A stretch of DNA of 64,000 nt from Ramazzottius varieornatus (GCA_001949185.1 BDGG01000006.1:602827-666826); one strand, 5' to 3'. Shown: positions 25,846 to 38,547, numbered from the stretch's first letter. A program made the numbers and translations. The notes: generated from the letters alone by a model not told the origin.

Positions 25846-26307
25846 CTAAAAGCGGAGCAGAAAGCGTTGCTGGAGAGCTATGAAGACTACCAGAAAAGGT
25901 TTGCGGGTCTCGGTGCGCGTTGCGGTGGAACTACAAAGTGCAGTCCATGTCGATAGTCGCGTAAGCTCGCTCTTTGTAGTGCTGCTGGTATGACCATCGC
26001 CCCTCCCTTGTCAGGCAGTTCAAGCAATCAAGTAGCTTTCAACCCATCACCCCTCTCTGGGTACCTGACGGTATTAATGAACGCTCCCAAACCACACACG
26101 TGTGCGGACATGAAGGGAAATTGAAGGGATCGTTACGAAAACATGATCAACCCTTGACTCCTGTAGCAAGCCGTATCAGTGTCGGCGAAGAGACTATTAT
26201 TGTCCGTCAGAGTAAGAAAGGAACAATGGATCGATCTGTATAAAATGAGACGGCCTGTTCGACTTCGTATACAGAAAGAATGTCCCGATGAGCGGAGTTC
26301 CACCACT

Positions 26308-27138
26308 TCACAGGGCATCCTCCGCGCGTTTGTTCGACTGGACTTCCGTTACCCTGGGTTGCTCCTTAGTGTGGGGCAGAGGTTCGTAGATCTTGACGTG
26401 CAGGTAATTGTCTTTTCCGCTTCGAATCTGTAGCAGCAAGCCATTCAGTCTTGAAGCGATCATCTCAAAAGGACCTTGATGACAATTGTGCGCTGATGGT
26501 CACGTCCAGCAGAGTCTGACGTCAACAAACGTGGCATATAAGCCCTGTTGCAGTGTGACGTCATGAGCCGTCTGCCTGGGCTATGCTGGAAAACGCTCAG
26601 TGCGTACCTTCATGTGGTAGTTGGTTCCTGCAACAACCTGCGTCTTGTACTTTTCCACCACGAACTCGGAAGCGTCGCCGCTATTTCCTCCTGCTTGCTG
26701 CAGAACCTGGCTCTTGACCTAGCACATAATATGAAGAAGGAAATTAAGACTTAGCGTAATGATGGTAGTGCCGCGGTCCGACTCAGTCAACGATCAGCCA
26801 CGGAGAGTAGCTCACTTTGTCAGCCACGGCCTGTGCACCATCATCACCGGGCTTTTCTCCGCCGAAACCTCCCACGATCCGTTCTTCTCGAGCAACCAGT
26901 TTTGGAGGTTCCTGGTGAATTTCCATGGTTGGAGGAGAAGTTGAATCAGCCATCGTGGATAACACAGAGAACAGCAGTGCAGCACATACGAAAATGCTGA
27001 AATAAAATAATAGGAAAACGGTGAAAGAAATGACTGGCAGAATATTCAAAGAAAGCCCTCGAGGGATGAATGAAGAGAGCAAGCACAGCACATTCCCCTT
27101 CTTTCGAAACCTGTTCTGCCTCACCTGTCTCCAGTCAT
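26308..27138 (-). CDS. Secreted stefin-type cystatin 3
   Basis: Exons 27138-27125, 26996-26816, 26718-26608, 26427-26308: MTGDSIFVCAALLFSVLSTMA..IVGGFGGEKPGD..|VKSQV..TQVVAGTNYHMK|IRSGKDNYLHVKIYEPLPHTKEQPRV..DAL*. Confidence 0.93.
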
Positions 27139-27626
27139 CCTTTGAGATATTTTGATATTCCTCAACGGGTAAACTGTTGATATTCAGGAACGGATAACCC
27201 GACAATAACTGCGGGAAGCACTGAAAAACTGACGGCGACCCAAATGAGGCCACGTGTCAATCACATCCGGGGATCTTGTTCCTTCACTTGAAGTAACGCT
27301 TTGACCTCCTTTTCCTCTCGACTTTGACTTTGCAAGAGCTTGCTTTAACGTATGACGCCTTTTTATTTGTACCGTACATTTGACCTTGAGTAGATCTTTT
27401 AAGCAGGGCTTCCTGGCTGCCGACACTCGGGACACATCCGACAAATTCCGTCAGCTTAGAAATGAAGACATTTTTCAGAATCATTTGAGGATAATATTTA
27501 TCCGCTACAGATCTTGTGTACAAGTTAACGGGAGGCCACGAGAGATTCTGGCACATTATAAACTACAGGACGCTCACTGTAGCTCTCGTGAGATTTGTTG
27601 AAATCGACGCGACATCGAGATACAAT

Positions 27627-28244
27627 TTACAAGGGGTCATTACGGCCTTTGTTGGCTTCGACCGCAGTCACTTGTGGTTTCTGTTTGGTGTATGGCAGAG
27701 GTTTGAAGACTTTGACATGGATGTACTCCTTGGGACTAATTCGGATCTGTTGAAGAAAAAAGAGACATCACTTTACTCCAATTGGAACCGTTCGATGAAA
27801 ATTCAAACGGTTGCCTTACCTTCATCACATAGTTAGTTCCGGCGACAACCTGAGTCTTCACACTGATAACCTTAAACTGCCTGACACTATCACGGGCTCC
27901 AAGTTGCTGTACCACTTGATTCCTCACCTGGAAAAAGTTGCATAATGTCAGAGCAAGACACATTCACCTACATGAAGTGGCGCGTCAGCAGCACTGAATA
28001 GCATTGGCAGCTGCGTACCGAGTCAGCAAGCGCCTGGGTTTCAGCATCTGCAGGCTTCTCTCCCGTGAAGCCTCCGGCTATATTCTTCTTGGATTCCGCT
28101 GCCATAGCCAAGGTGACAGTCAGTAGCACAAGACCCAAGGCCAACATGATCCTGTAGAAAGCACCACAAAGTAGTAATAAAACTGTGGTTCCGACTACTT
28201 CTCTCGCCGTGTATGCATCAGCCTCACCGCGAAGAGTTCTGCAT
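27627..28244 (-). CDS. Secreted stefin-type cystatin 4
   Basis: Micro-exon MQNSSR + IMLALGLVLLTVTLAMAA..IAGGFTGEKPADAETQALADS|VRNQV..TQVVAGTNYVMK|IRISPKEYIHVKVFKPLPYTKQKPQV..NDPL*. Confidence 0.93.
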
Positions 28245-28381
28245 TCCACCTAGTTTTCTAGTCCACAAATCTGGGGATTTAAAACACAAGGTATACTTTG
28301 GCGGAAGATTGCAAGTGTTGATGGAAAATCAAAAAGTAATATGGGATTTGTGGACAGTTTGGATGGATAATCAATGAGCTA

Positions 28382-28865
28382 CGAGGTAAAGGACATGGAG
28401 TTTTCCAGTGGAAACTGCGGACATGGGAATTTTCAAACTGCGGTGTAGGGTGGCACCACAATATCTGACTGTTTGGAATCGACATGCTTTACACGCGTCG
28501 CAAATGCGTCAGAGGCTTTGTAGAGCATCCATTAATCACTTATGTTATCTTAGGAGTTGACCAAAACGGAGGTGTGACGTCTTGGCGTAAGTCTCAGTAA
28601 AAGACTACACAAGCGCCTCTTCAGGCCTACGTTTTATTTCTTGTCCAGGCTCTTTAACATTGGATTTTATCCTGTCTCCTGCAGACCTTCCTTTCTCACC
28701 TTTGCACCGTCAAATGACTCGGAAGACGGTTTGGCTATGATCAGAAAGACTTTCTCTATTGACTGACTTACCGTACGACGCAATCTGACCAGCAGCTACG
28801 TTAAAACAACCTGGAAATTTTCATGTCCGAAATTCTCCCTGGAAAACTCCATGTCCTTTACCTCG
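28382..28865. mobile_element. pogo-derived MITE
   Basis: Perfect 27-bp TIR CGAGGTAAAGGACATGGAGTTTTCCAG with TA flanks. Interior ACACAAGCGCCTCT..AGGCCTAC..CAGGCTCTTTA matches 1960-2010 of the pogo element. Confidence 0.92.
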
Positions 28866-29144
28866 TAAGCGTAATCAGCTGTTTCTTGACAATTCCGTGT
28901 CAACAAAGCTTGAATGGATGACTCACAGTCTCACACAACTTATCAGTACAAGTGACGTCACTTCCGGATTACTGCAGGTCGGAACACCGTAACTTTATAC
29001 GCCTCAAATTAGTCCACCTTCAACGTAAAATATTTTTTCTGTTTTTTCTGCTTTGTCTTCACGGTGGTAGTAACGGTGGAAACCAAAAGGCGTGGTCTAG
29101 TTTTCCCACTGAAGTCTGGCGATAAGGTTACGTACCCTGAAGTG

Positions 29145-32100
29145 ATGGCTGACGATGAGGACGAGGACGCACCACCGCCCCCGCCACCACATATTTTTGT
29201 CAGCCGTGTTGATACCTATTTCGGCCGCATCTTAGCGCAATATCTGGGCCAGTGCATACCGGGAGTTTTGCCAAATGCCGAAGAACAGAGTGAGGATGAG
29301 GAAGGCCGCATGAGTAGGCTCGATCTGGCTTTCCTCCAGTGTGGACCGACGGAGACCTCTTACCAGCTTCATGGCTCGTGGAACGGCCAGGCTGCGCCGA
29401 CCGTGCCGGCTCTCCGGACAGTCATTCGTGCTGACAATCAGAAAGACCTGTATAACACTATAAAAGAAGCCAATATTTGCGTGTTCCATGTTATCGATGA
29501 AGAGGGCTCGAATGGTGTGCTGGAGGATACGGTGGTGGCCATCAACGCGGCTCGTAAAATCGCGATGGAAACAAAGACCACAAAGACACTGATTCTGGTC
29601 TCAACGGTACTGACCTGGGGAAGGTCGAGGAAGCCAATCGCCGAAGGGGAACAAGGCCCAGAAGCGACTGCAGAAGGAGAGGGCGAAGGTGAAGAGGAGG
29701 ACGATGATGGGACGGAGGGGTTGCTCGAAGAAGAATATAGAAAACGGCGTCCTCACCCTGCATACAGGTACTTTTCATGCTGGGCCACAGTGATTGGTGG
29801 CTCTTTATCTCCGGCTTGGGACCGCCATGCCGAATCAGCTGACCACCTGACAGAGTAATGTGTGTTTCTTTTTTGTCTGCAGGAAGCATTTAGAACTGGA
29901 GAAGGATTTTCTAAAATATGGAAGAGATAGCAAAGGGCTTCTCATCACAACTGTGGTGGCAGCCGGCTTACTTTACGGTTACGGCGAAAAAGTCCTCCAC
30001 TGGATGTTTAAAGAAGCCTGGCAGGATGAAACGGCCGCCCTGCAGGTTCCGGGGGACGGCAAGAACAAAATACCTTCCATCCATGTCCACGACTTGTGCC
30101 AGATTGTCCAGAACATCTGTGAGGCCAAACCCAAGTCACATTACTTGATCGCAACTGACGAACGACGACAGAACCTAAGTAAGGTTAGAACCTTGAAAAC
30201 AAACACTGTTAGATCAATCGTGATTGTCTCGATTGGGTTCGTAGGTCGCTACCGCAGTCAGTAAAGCGTTGGCCAGCGGTGAAGTGGTTAGTGTGAAGCC
30301 AGAAGACCTTTTCTCCGCCAAGAAGCTAACCCAGGCTGATGTGGACCTTCTGACGTGTGACTTGAAGTTCACGACGGCCGTAACCAAGGACATGCAGATT
30401 CAGTGGGTCGCTGAAAAGGGCCTGTTCGACTACATGGCTAAAGCTGTGCAAGAGTTCTTGGCCGTAAGGAACTTGACTGCCTTGAAGCTTGTCGTTCTTG
30501 GTCCACCGTTCGCGGGGAAGACTTACATGGCGAAAAGGCTGGCTGCTTTCTATGACATCCAGTACCTCAAAGTACGTAACCAGAATTCGCCTACAACGCT
30601 ATCCTTATGGAAAGGAAGTTTTTTCGCGATGGTACTTCAGCGGGAAGATATAGCCCAGAATTTTTTCGTACGGAGCTTCTGATGGTACAATAAATTCGGA
30701 AATCGGCAAACAAACACAGTCACATTGCTTTTCCTAAGTGGCGCACGTTTCCCTTGTTATCAGCTAACAGCGTGCGTCACTTGGAAGAACGGTCTTGCGA
30801 ATCTGTCTTTTCAAGTGGTGCAGGTTTTCAGTGTTGTTGAGTAAAGGCATGTTCCAGTTGGTAAAACGATCTCGAGGAATTGTTTGCCGGGATCCTCCAT
30901 ATTTTTTACCTCGAAACTTCTTTAATTTTTTTGTGTGTCCAACGAGCGAATGATCTTTCTCGCTGTAGTAGCGGTTTTTCCTTGTGTGGCGTCTTTACAG
31001 GTCGAAGAAATTATTCAGGGCGCCATCGACAATCTCCGACAAGTCATCATCGCTTCAAAAGAAGCAGCGGCCATCAAAGCCACGATGGAGCAGTTCGAAG
31101 ACGCTCCCGATGCCGAGGAGGAAGAAGGCCCAACGAAAGGTGATATTGCCCAGCAGATGCTGGACAGAATTCAGGAGAGCAAGGCGATCCACGAGGGGAA
31201 ACTGGAGGACCGCTTCGTCATCCAGTTTGTTCGCGAGAAGCTCTTGACCAAAGCCTGTCAAAACAAGGGCTTTGTATTCGATGGCTTCCCGGATAGTTAT
31301 GCTAACGCCAAGGCGGTCTTCCGGAAGGGAGGTGTGGAGAGCGATGGCGAAGAAGAGGTCGAACCGGAAGAAGGCGACGAGGACGAAGAGGGCGGTGGGG
31401 CAGCGCATGCCGCAGATATGGACCCGCGACTTCGCCCGGGTAAGGTCGTCTTAAATTTTTCGAAAATAAACCCCGTAATATTTACGTACAATCATGAACC
31501 ATCTTTCAGATTTCGTTGTCAATTTGGAAGCATCGGATAAATTCCTCCGAGATGTAAGTTTACTTTTTTCTCTGGTTGCTTTATAAAGTTGTCAGTCTCC
31601 AACTTCCCTACAAAGTACAGCTTTAACTTTGGGATGGGAATTATTAATTTCGGACCTAAAAAGGAAAATTGACTTGGGCAATTCTCCAAGTGGCGCAAGC
31701 TGCAAGCCATTAGCAATACAAACGTGCGCCGCCCAGGAAAAATAGACATATTTGACAAAATCGTTTTTTCCAAGCGGCGCACGTTTTGAGCACACAACAG
31801 TACTGTGGACGTGCATCACTTGGGAGAATAATTCAGTGGAACTGGTTTGTCCTGACTCCCTCGTTTCGGCGTTCCTACTGTACCTCGCTGAATTTGTGCT
31901 GGCCATGGTCGTCTAATATAATTTTCGGATGTGTTTGCTTCTAGAAAATGATGGCTCGTCCAGATTCCGTAGTGCCCGATCCGACAGCGCTGACCAACGA
32001 GCAGTACTTCAACCAAAAGATGGCCGAATACAAGGCCAGCCACAATCCCGCCTATAACACGGTTGTTGACTACTTCGACGAGACGGAAAGCACCACCATC

Positions 32101-32586
32101 TCCCTCAACGTCGAAGAAGAGCGCGACATTTTCGCCGAGATCTGCCTAAAGACTGCCATCGCCAGGATCGGTCCTCCGCACAACTACGGCCCGACAGCCG
32201 AGGAGAAGCAGGCTCAGCTACGAATCGAAGAAGAGAAGCGCAGAGTGGTCAACCTACAGAAAGAAACGAGGAAAAAGGCGGTCGAGGCGGAGTACTTGGC
32301 GGAACGACAACGAAGATGTGGGGAATGGGCAGCACGAGCCGAGGACTTGCAGAAGGAGAAGGTGGAAAGACTAGAGTTGGCTTCTATGCCTGTCTTTGAG
32401 TACTTGAGTAAAGCTCTGTTACCGGCGGTTGAGAAGGGTCTATTGGCAACGAGTAGGGTCAAACCAGCAGACCCGGTAGACTTTCTGGGTGAATATTTCA
32501 TTCAACTGATTAATCCTTTGAAAGTGTCTGGGGCTGAGGCTTTATCTCCCGACGAACAGTTGAGACGGGCAACGAGGTCGAAATAA
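29145..32586 (+). CDS. AK7: Adenylate kinase 7 (NAD-binding-like N-terminus, ADK P-loop, Dpy-30 motif)
   Basis: HIFVSRVDTYFGR, ILVSTVLTWGRS, EEEYRKRRPHP, AAGLLYGYGE, GDGKNKIPSIHV, LVVLGPPFAGKT, CQNKGFVFDGFP, IGPPHNYG, YLSKALLPAVEKGL..PADPVDFLGEY. Confidence 0.95.
30730..30865. repeat. Dimer of N27 palindromic units (AK7 intron)
   Basis: Arms start at 30738 and 30815; both spacers 27 nt. Confidence 0.8.
31682..31828. repeat. Dimer of N27 palindromic units (AK7 intron)
   Basis: Arms start at 31690 (27-nt spacer) and 31774 (30-nt spacer). Confidence 0.8.
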
Positions 32587-33415
32587 ATTTGAGTAATCGC
32601 TGGGCTTTCGTCCGAGTCTCACCCTTCGCTCATCATCGACTGATACGCAAGATGTCCAAATTATTACTGCCGAGATTCAAATCTACCTGCTGTGCTGCTG
32701 CACAAAGTGATGCCTAACATGTCTCATCCCCATACTATTATAACCCAATAAAAGCTTCCGGCCAGGTCGTAGACGGCTTGAAAAACAGTTTTCGAACAAA
32801 AACGGCAACATCATATCCCCGGCACGCACGGATGGGACCAGTATATGTTTTTTCGAAGAAATCGCCAAAATGCTTGCCGGTATAGCCATTTACATTTTCT
32901 TAGTTTCCATTAAGCTACTCGCAGCTCGCTTACTGTATAACATTGGCAACAAAGTTTTGTAAACCGCTCACGATCAGGTTAAGGTCTTATTTAAGAATAA
33001 AGACTACGAACTCGTAAAAGATCACCTGTGCAAACTTTCTAAAACAGCGGTATTTGTGCGTTTTTCTGGAAACACTGAACAAATAGCATTGCCGAATTCC
33101 GAAGGATAAACGTCCGTTTGTCATCTGACAATGAGATCGTGCAACAATATCCACCTTTTCGGGAAGGTTAACCCTGCGTAAAAGAGGGTAGAAGAGTGGG
33201 GCGCACCTCATTTAATTAGAATTTCCTGTGGTCCCGTTTTATGTGCGGTAGTTTGTTTGGAAGGTTTTAGAAATAATCAACCGGCCAAAAAGACGTCAGA
33301 AAGACGATCAGATCAATTTTTTGCTATAGCGCTACCATGCTCAGTCAAAGTATAGTATGCAGCAAGTCTTGAAACAGTGGGCTTTGAGTAATAAATGTAG
33401 AGCGAAGAGTAAGTT

Positions 33416-33722
33416 TTAGATGAAGCTGACAGGAAACCCAAACAACGTATCCTCTTTCGGCGTCTCATAGGGAATTCCCTGAAGATCCGCGCAATACTTT
33501 TCTCTGGCAGGTTTTCTCCTTAGGGCGGAAGTTATATCAAACTTCTTGACAACGTTGCCTTTCTTATCGGTGCAGTATGCATTTGGCGAACCGGACGTAT
33601 ACTGGGAGAGCGCATAATCCCCTTTGGAATCACACACAGGCACACCGTACTCGGGGTTCGCACGTCGATTACGCCAGTCCTCCGTACATTGTTTTGTCGA
33701 AGGTACGGGCTCTGCCATCAAC
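33416..33722 (-). CDS. Thyroglobulin type-1 domain protein (thyropin-like), last exon; 5' exons uncertain
   Basis: C..PVCDSKGDYALSQ..YCTDKKG..C pattern. Lacks the middle QC..C disulfide. Acceptor TTTGCACAG precedes it. Confidence 0.7.
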
Positions 33723-34836
33723 TGTGCAAAAATTCGGAAAGTAGAGAGTATCACACTAAGCATTCTGTACAGCTCCATCGATATCCGCAGACGTGGTAAA
33801 CTTGTGGAATCAAGCAAGTTCGATACGGAAGCGACTTAGTTTAGTATCACTTGAAGTTATTGTAGACGTATTACAACTCACACATGTGCAGGCTCAGTTG
33901 CGAACTGGAGGAAATGTGGGTTGATTGGGACTTAATAAGAGGTATGATCAGGTGGCATGGGCCAGCTTGTGGTTTGGCCGGTTGGAACCTTGACAACTCT
34001 CGGTCGAAAACGCTACTGAATCCAGCGAAAAAAGAAACGCACAGAGACCAAGGCCTTGTCATCGACAAAGATGCCGATGGCCCGATGTGACCTTTGTATT
34101 CAGAGTTCACCGTCCGTTTCGTGGTCCAGCGTAAGGATAATTTGCGAGTGAACTCCCCCGCGGGAGTTCACTCGCAAGTGTGTCGTACAGTGTAGGCAAA
34201 TATTGAAATGCTTCTTGAACTTCGCGAATCACGTGACCATACGCGTAGAGTTGAACCCCGGTCCGGTGACTTTACCCTACCAACCCCCGGGGGGATGTTC
34301 CGCGAGTATTATGACGTGTTTGGCGGAGTTGAAGAAGCATGACGGTACTTTAAAAATGGGCGGCAGTTATGGGCGTACATCAAAGTACTATGAGCTGCAT
34401 TTATTTACTGTTTAATTCGTTTACTGTATTACTTGATGAAAATTGATAATAGAACCAGCACGTCACAAACATATAAAGCGAAATCATATTAGGCGACACG
34501 AGAAAGTCGGTCATCCAACTGCGCTGTATTTCTCTATTCGACGAACTGTATTTTGCAGAAACACAGTGCGGCGAAGCAAACTTGTCCCTTTTTTCCAAGA
34601 ACTTGGTCGCCTTTCGGAGTGAATTCTACGATCAGTCACGACTTTCACGAGAAAGTTCTTGCATTCTCCTATCAAAGAATAGCCAGATATCCTGTGTCTG
34701 ATAAGAATATCATGAATCCAGAGCCGAAACTTCAACGGCTCAACGCTTTCATCATCTCACAAAACGATTTCTGAACTCAGGAAACTGATCTTTCTAGCTA
34801 GACTACGCCGCTGATGCGGTACGTTAGGGAATCTAA

Positions 34837-35112
34837 GGCTGCATTTCGCAAGTTAAAAACCCTTGTTAACAACCAGCTTTTGCACACGTGACTAGTGACG
34901 TCACGAGCGGGGTAGGAGCTGGGTTATCGGTTAACTAGCACAAAAAGGCTAGTTAACGGTTAACCCGATTCAATCATGCACGCGTAAATCACAGTGCAAT
35001 TTGATTGTCCTAGGTCGTCTTTTTCCAGCATCTTCCTGATGTTCGTTCTTAGCCGTGACGTCTTCGATCACATGTCGGGTTATCAACTAGGATTGACTAA
35101 CGAAACGCAGCC
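34837..35112. mobile_element. PIF/Harbinger-like MITE
   Basis: TAA|GGCTGCATTTCG ... CGAAACGCAGCC|CAA, with internal GTTAAC inverted motifs. Confidence 0.6.
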
Positions 35113-35563
35113 CAAGCTAACGTCGGAAAAACCATAGTACGACCGAGATCCTTCAGCCTGAGTTCAAGCAGAATTTAAAGCTGCGAAAAAAATTGCGGTT
35201 TGCCCCGATCACTACCCGCATATATAAAACGCCTCCAGGCCAACGAAAGATCAGTTAACTAGGATCCTTTCAAAAAAGTTTTGTACCTTGGGGGTTGGGC
35301 TTCTTGTTTAGTTTATAAAGAGAAAATTGACGGTGAATTCCCAGACACGTTTGCGAAAACAAAAGGGACACGGTCACTTCGCCTCACTGTATTAATAGAT
35401 GTGTACAAAGCTCTTAAGCGCAGCGTTACCGTGAAATGATCTGAACGGCTGAAACCGAAACAGAACATCCTCCTCATCATCCGAAACAGAACCGTGTTCA
35501 ATTACCACGGTAACCCGCCTATATAGTTCTGCGTAAGACTTCTACCAGGTTCAAGAAGTAACA

Positions 35564-37803
35564 ATGATTTTCGGTGACTGCGATGTTGGTTTCGTTAATG
35601 ACTTTATCTTCCTGATGTCGTGCACTTTGATTTGCTTGACGGCTGCTTACGAGCCAAAATTGGCGACAGGATCACCGCTTCGGCTAGTCGACACCGCCAC
35701 CGCCGATACCAACTCTTCCCTGGAAACTGACTTCTTCTTTTCGAATACAACGGACAATCTGAACGCTACGTTTGATAAGAAGCCTACCGCCACCGGTTTC
35801 CTCGCTCACAAAATTCCCTCCAAGCTGCGCAAAGCCATCGTCTCCACCTTCGAACACGAATCTATCAAGGATTTTATCAAGCTATGTCTCAAGCAAGCCC
35901 TGTGTACCAAAGAGCAAGTGCTACACGGGGCGTCGGGCAAGGACTGGCAGTTTCGCATCAAGCACCGCCGTGGTGTCATGCACTTCTGGCAAGTGTACGA
36001 GTGCATAGCCTATAATCGACCAGAAGCTTGTCCGGTAGATGGCCACTGGTCCCAGTGGGGCAAATGGAGTAACTGTAGTGTGGCGTGCGGCAATGGCTTC
36101 AGCGAGCGACATCGCACTTGTGACCAACCAGCACCTGCAAACTATGGCAAGTTTTGTAGTGGGAAAGCAAAGGAAAGGCAGCCTTGTAACCAGTTTTGCC
36201 CCAAAAACTTTACAGGTATGATGACCTGTCTTTTCATTTCTTTCTTCATCGGTACGCCTACAAGTACGTTTCTGTTACAGCCATGGCTGGCCGAGATCCG
36301 CTAAAAATGCAGGCCCTAAAATCTCTGCACAACATTTCGGCAGCATATCCAGCAGTCAAAGATGTCTGCTCCAAGGAACATTGCACCTTCAACGAAGTCC
36401 ACCACTTGATCGGGGACGAAGACGTTGCGGTAAGCTTGTAAGTTTACAGGCCATGTCCTACGGACTGACTGTACAGTCCACTCGTTCGAGATCCGTGACC
36501 CAATTTCACAGCTTCAGTTCTGGGCCCGCCATACATTCACCACAACGCATGTCAAGCCAACATTCAAAATTACATCACATATAATAACACCATGCTTCAA
36601 CCGATGTAATCTAGTGATCAAGTTAGTGCCAATCCTTTTACCACCCAAAATTAGGCGCAAGGCAGATAGGCCAGAACAGCTGATGCAACACACGTCTCAG
36701 GCGTAATCACATCACATGTGAGCGCACTGTCGTACCCGTACCGAGCCGTACGGTTGTACCTCACAAAAGGAACAAGGGAGCTGGTCCAAATTGGACATAC
36801 TAGATTTCGGTAACCTTACGTCACCGTTCATGCGTTCGGTGACGACAGGCAGGCGAAATTCAATTTGACTGACTCGTGCGTTCTGCAACATACTTAGCTG
36901 AGTTTAATTTCAGCCAGCGCATGACATGCATGTGCGTGTCATGCGCGAAGGCCCAGAGTGCATTTCTGCGCCGAGTCTGGCACCGCCTCTCACATCCGGG
37001 TGGTGGGTGCGCTGCGTGGGGGTTAGTGGTAAAAGAATTGGCCCTAAATCAAGTCCCATCCGTCCAGCTGAGCTGCGGCATGGCGAGCAGGCTCGTTAAT
37101 GTTCCTGATCTTTCAGTTTTGAAACCGTCAAATGAGGTAACAGATCTTAAGCGAGTGGACTGTAGTTACACAAGTTGGTTCCTTCCAGGACAAATATTGG
37201 TTAGCCATGCACTGCATCGAACGTCACGTCGGTTGTCCCATCGACGGTGAATGGTCAGCATGGCAGCCCTGGTCGAGCTGCTCGTCTGACTGCGGAATCG
37301 GCCAACGCTTCCGTGTACGTCGTTGCAACGACCCGCCACCTTCCAACGGTGGACTGCCGTGCGAAGGCCCGATGATAGACGAGGAAGACTGTTTGGGCAC
37401 CAACTGTGGACCGACTAACGAGTCAGCCATTGCGCTCTTCCCCCTGTGGACTGAATGGACGGACTGGACACCCTGTCCGGCAAAGACTTGTGATGTCTAT
37501 GGCACCGAGTACTCAACCAGAAAGTGTGTGGGCTTGACACCCAACGAGAAGTGCAACGTGGGAGATGGGACTTTCGCCGATAAGCTTGTCAGGAAGAGAC
37601 CATGTGTCAAGGTCGGTTGTTTGCCCAGTCCGACTACAGCGAAGCCAAAGCCTCGATACTTTGCGGAGCGAAAGCCTGTACCTGTCTTTTCCGAGTTTGA
37701 AAAGATGGTCCCTAAACGTTACCACAGACGACGCGGGAAGCGGGCCCTGCGGAAACGACGACTGGGACCACATGGGGCATCTTTACGGTATCAGGAGCTC
37801 TAA
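35564..37803 (+). CDS. Secreted thrombospondin type-1 repeat protein (3 TSP1 repeats, Gla-like modules)
   Basis: Exons ~35564-36215, 36281-36429, 37189-37803. Signal-like FIFLMSCTLICLTAA; CPVDGHWSQWGKWSNCSVACG; CPIDGEWSAWQPWSSCSSDCG; WTEWTDWTPC. Confidence 0.88.
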
Positions 37804-37844
37804 ATCCCTTCTTTGACAATCCGATGCCTTTCAAACATCAACTA

Positions 37845-38024
37845 CACGCACGAAGGAAAAGTTTGGAGCAGCAAAAAGTTTGGAAAAAGCGTCTCCGAAA
37901 CAGCGGCACCGAAGTCCATATGTAGATATGCAATTCACACCAAGGCACTTTCTGGCAATTTCCTACGGTTGATTTCTCAATTTGCCGTCTTTTCCGTCTG
38001 TTCCAAACTTTCCCTTCGTGCGTG
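37845..38024. mobile_element. TA-flanked MITE
   Basis: TA|CACGCACGAAGGAAAAGTTTGGA ... TCCAAACTTTCCCTTCGTGCGTG|TA. Confidence 0.85.
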
Positions 38025-38547
38025 TAGGCTGGAGAAGCAAAGATGAAGCTGGAGAACCAATGAATATTCAGGGAGTGTCTCCCAAATGGTCTCTGTAGGC
38101 TGGGACACCGTCGGCGCTGGTTATTTCGCTGCAGAGGGCGCCGCATTGCAAAGGGTCGCTGCGATCGGTTCCGTAGCCATTGCAGTGGACCATGGAAGAA
38201 CGCGCTCACTGTCTTTTATCCACTTGTTTTTATCTCATATTGTCACAGAATCGAGACCAAGGGCGCATGTACGAAAACTCTTTGTTTCCTTCTGACGCAA
38301 GATAAAGAATTGATGAAGGCGAATCAAGTTTGTAACTGTAATGGGATCCGCGCGAGTGTAGTCAAATATCCCCCACGGCTCTTGACAGTTCCACTTGAAA
38401 CCTGACCACTGTCAACACCAGCGACTGGTTTTCGCCAGACCACGCTGTGTTGCCCAGAACAAACCTGCATTGATGAGCCTTGTCTTACTGACATGTGCGT
38501 TTGCCGATCGGAAGATAGAATGATGATGAGCTGGAGCCTCCATTAAA

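Noticed and set aside
29060-29090. Possible RFX X-box upstream of AK7
   Set aside because: Only half-site matches; too weak to call.
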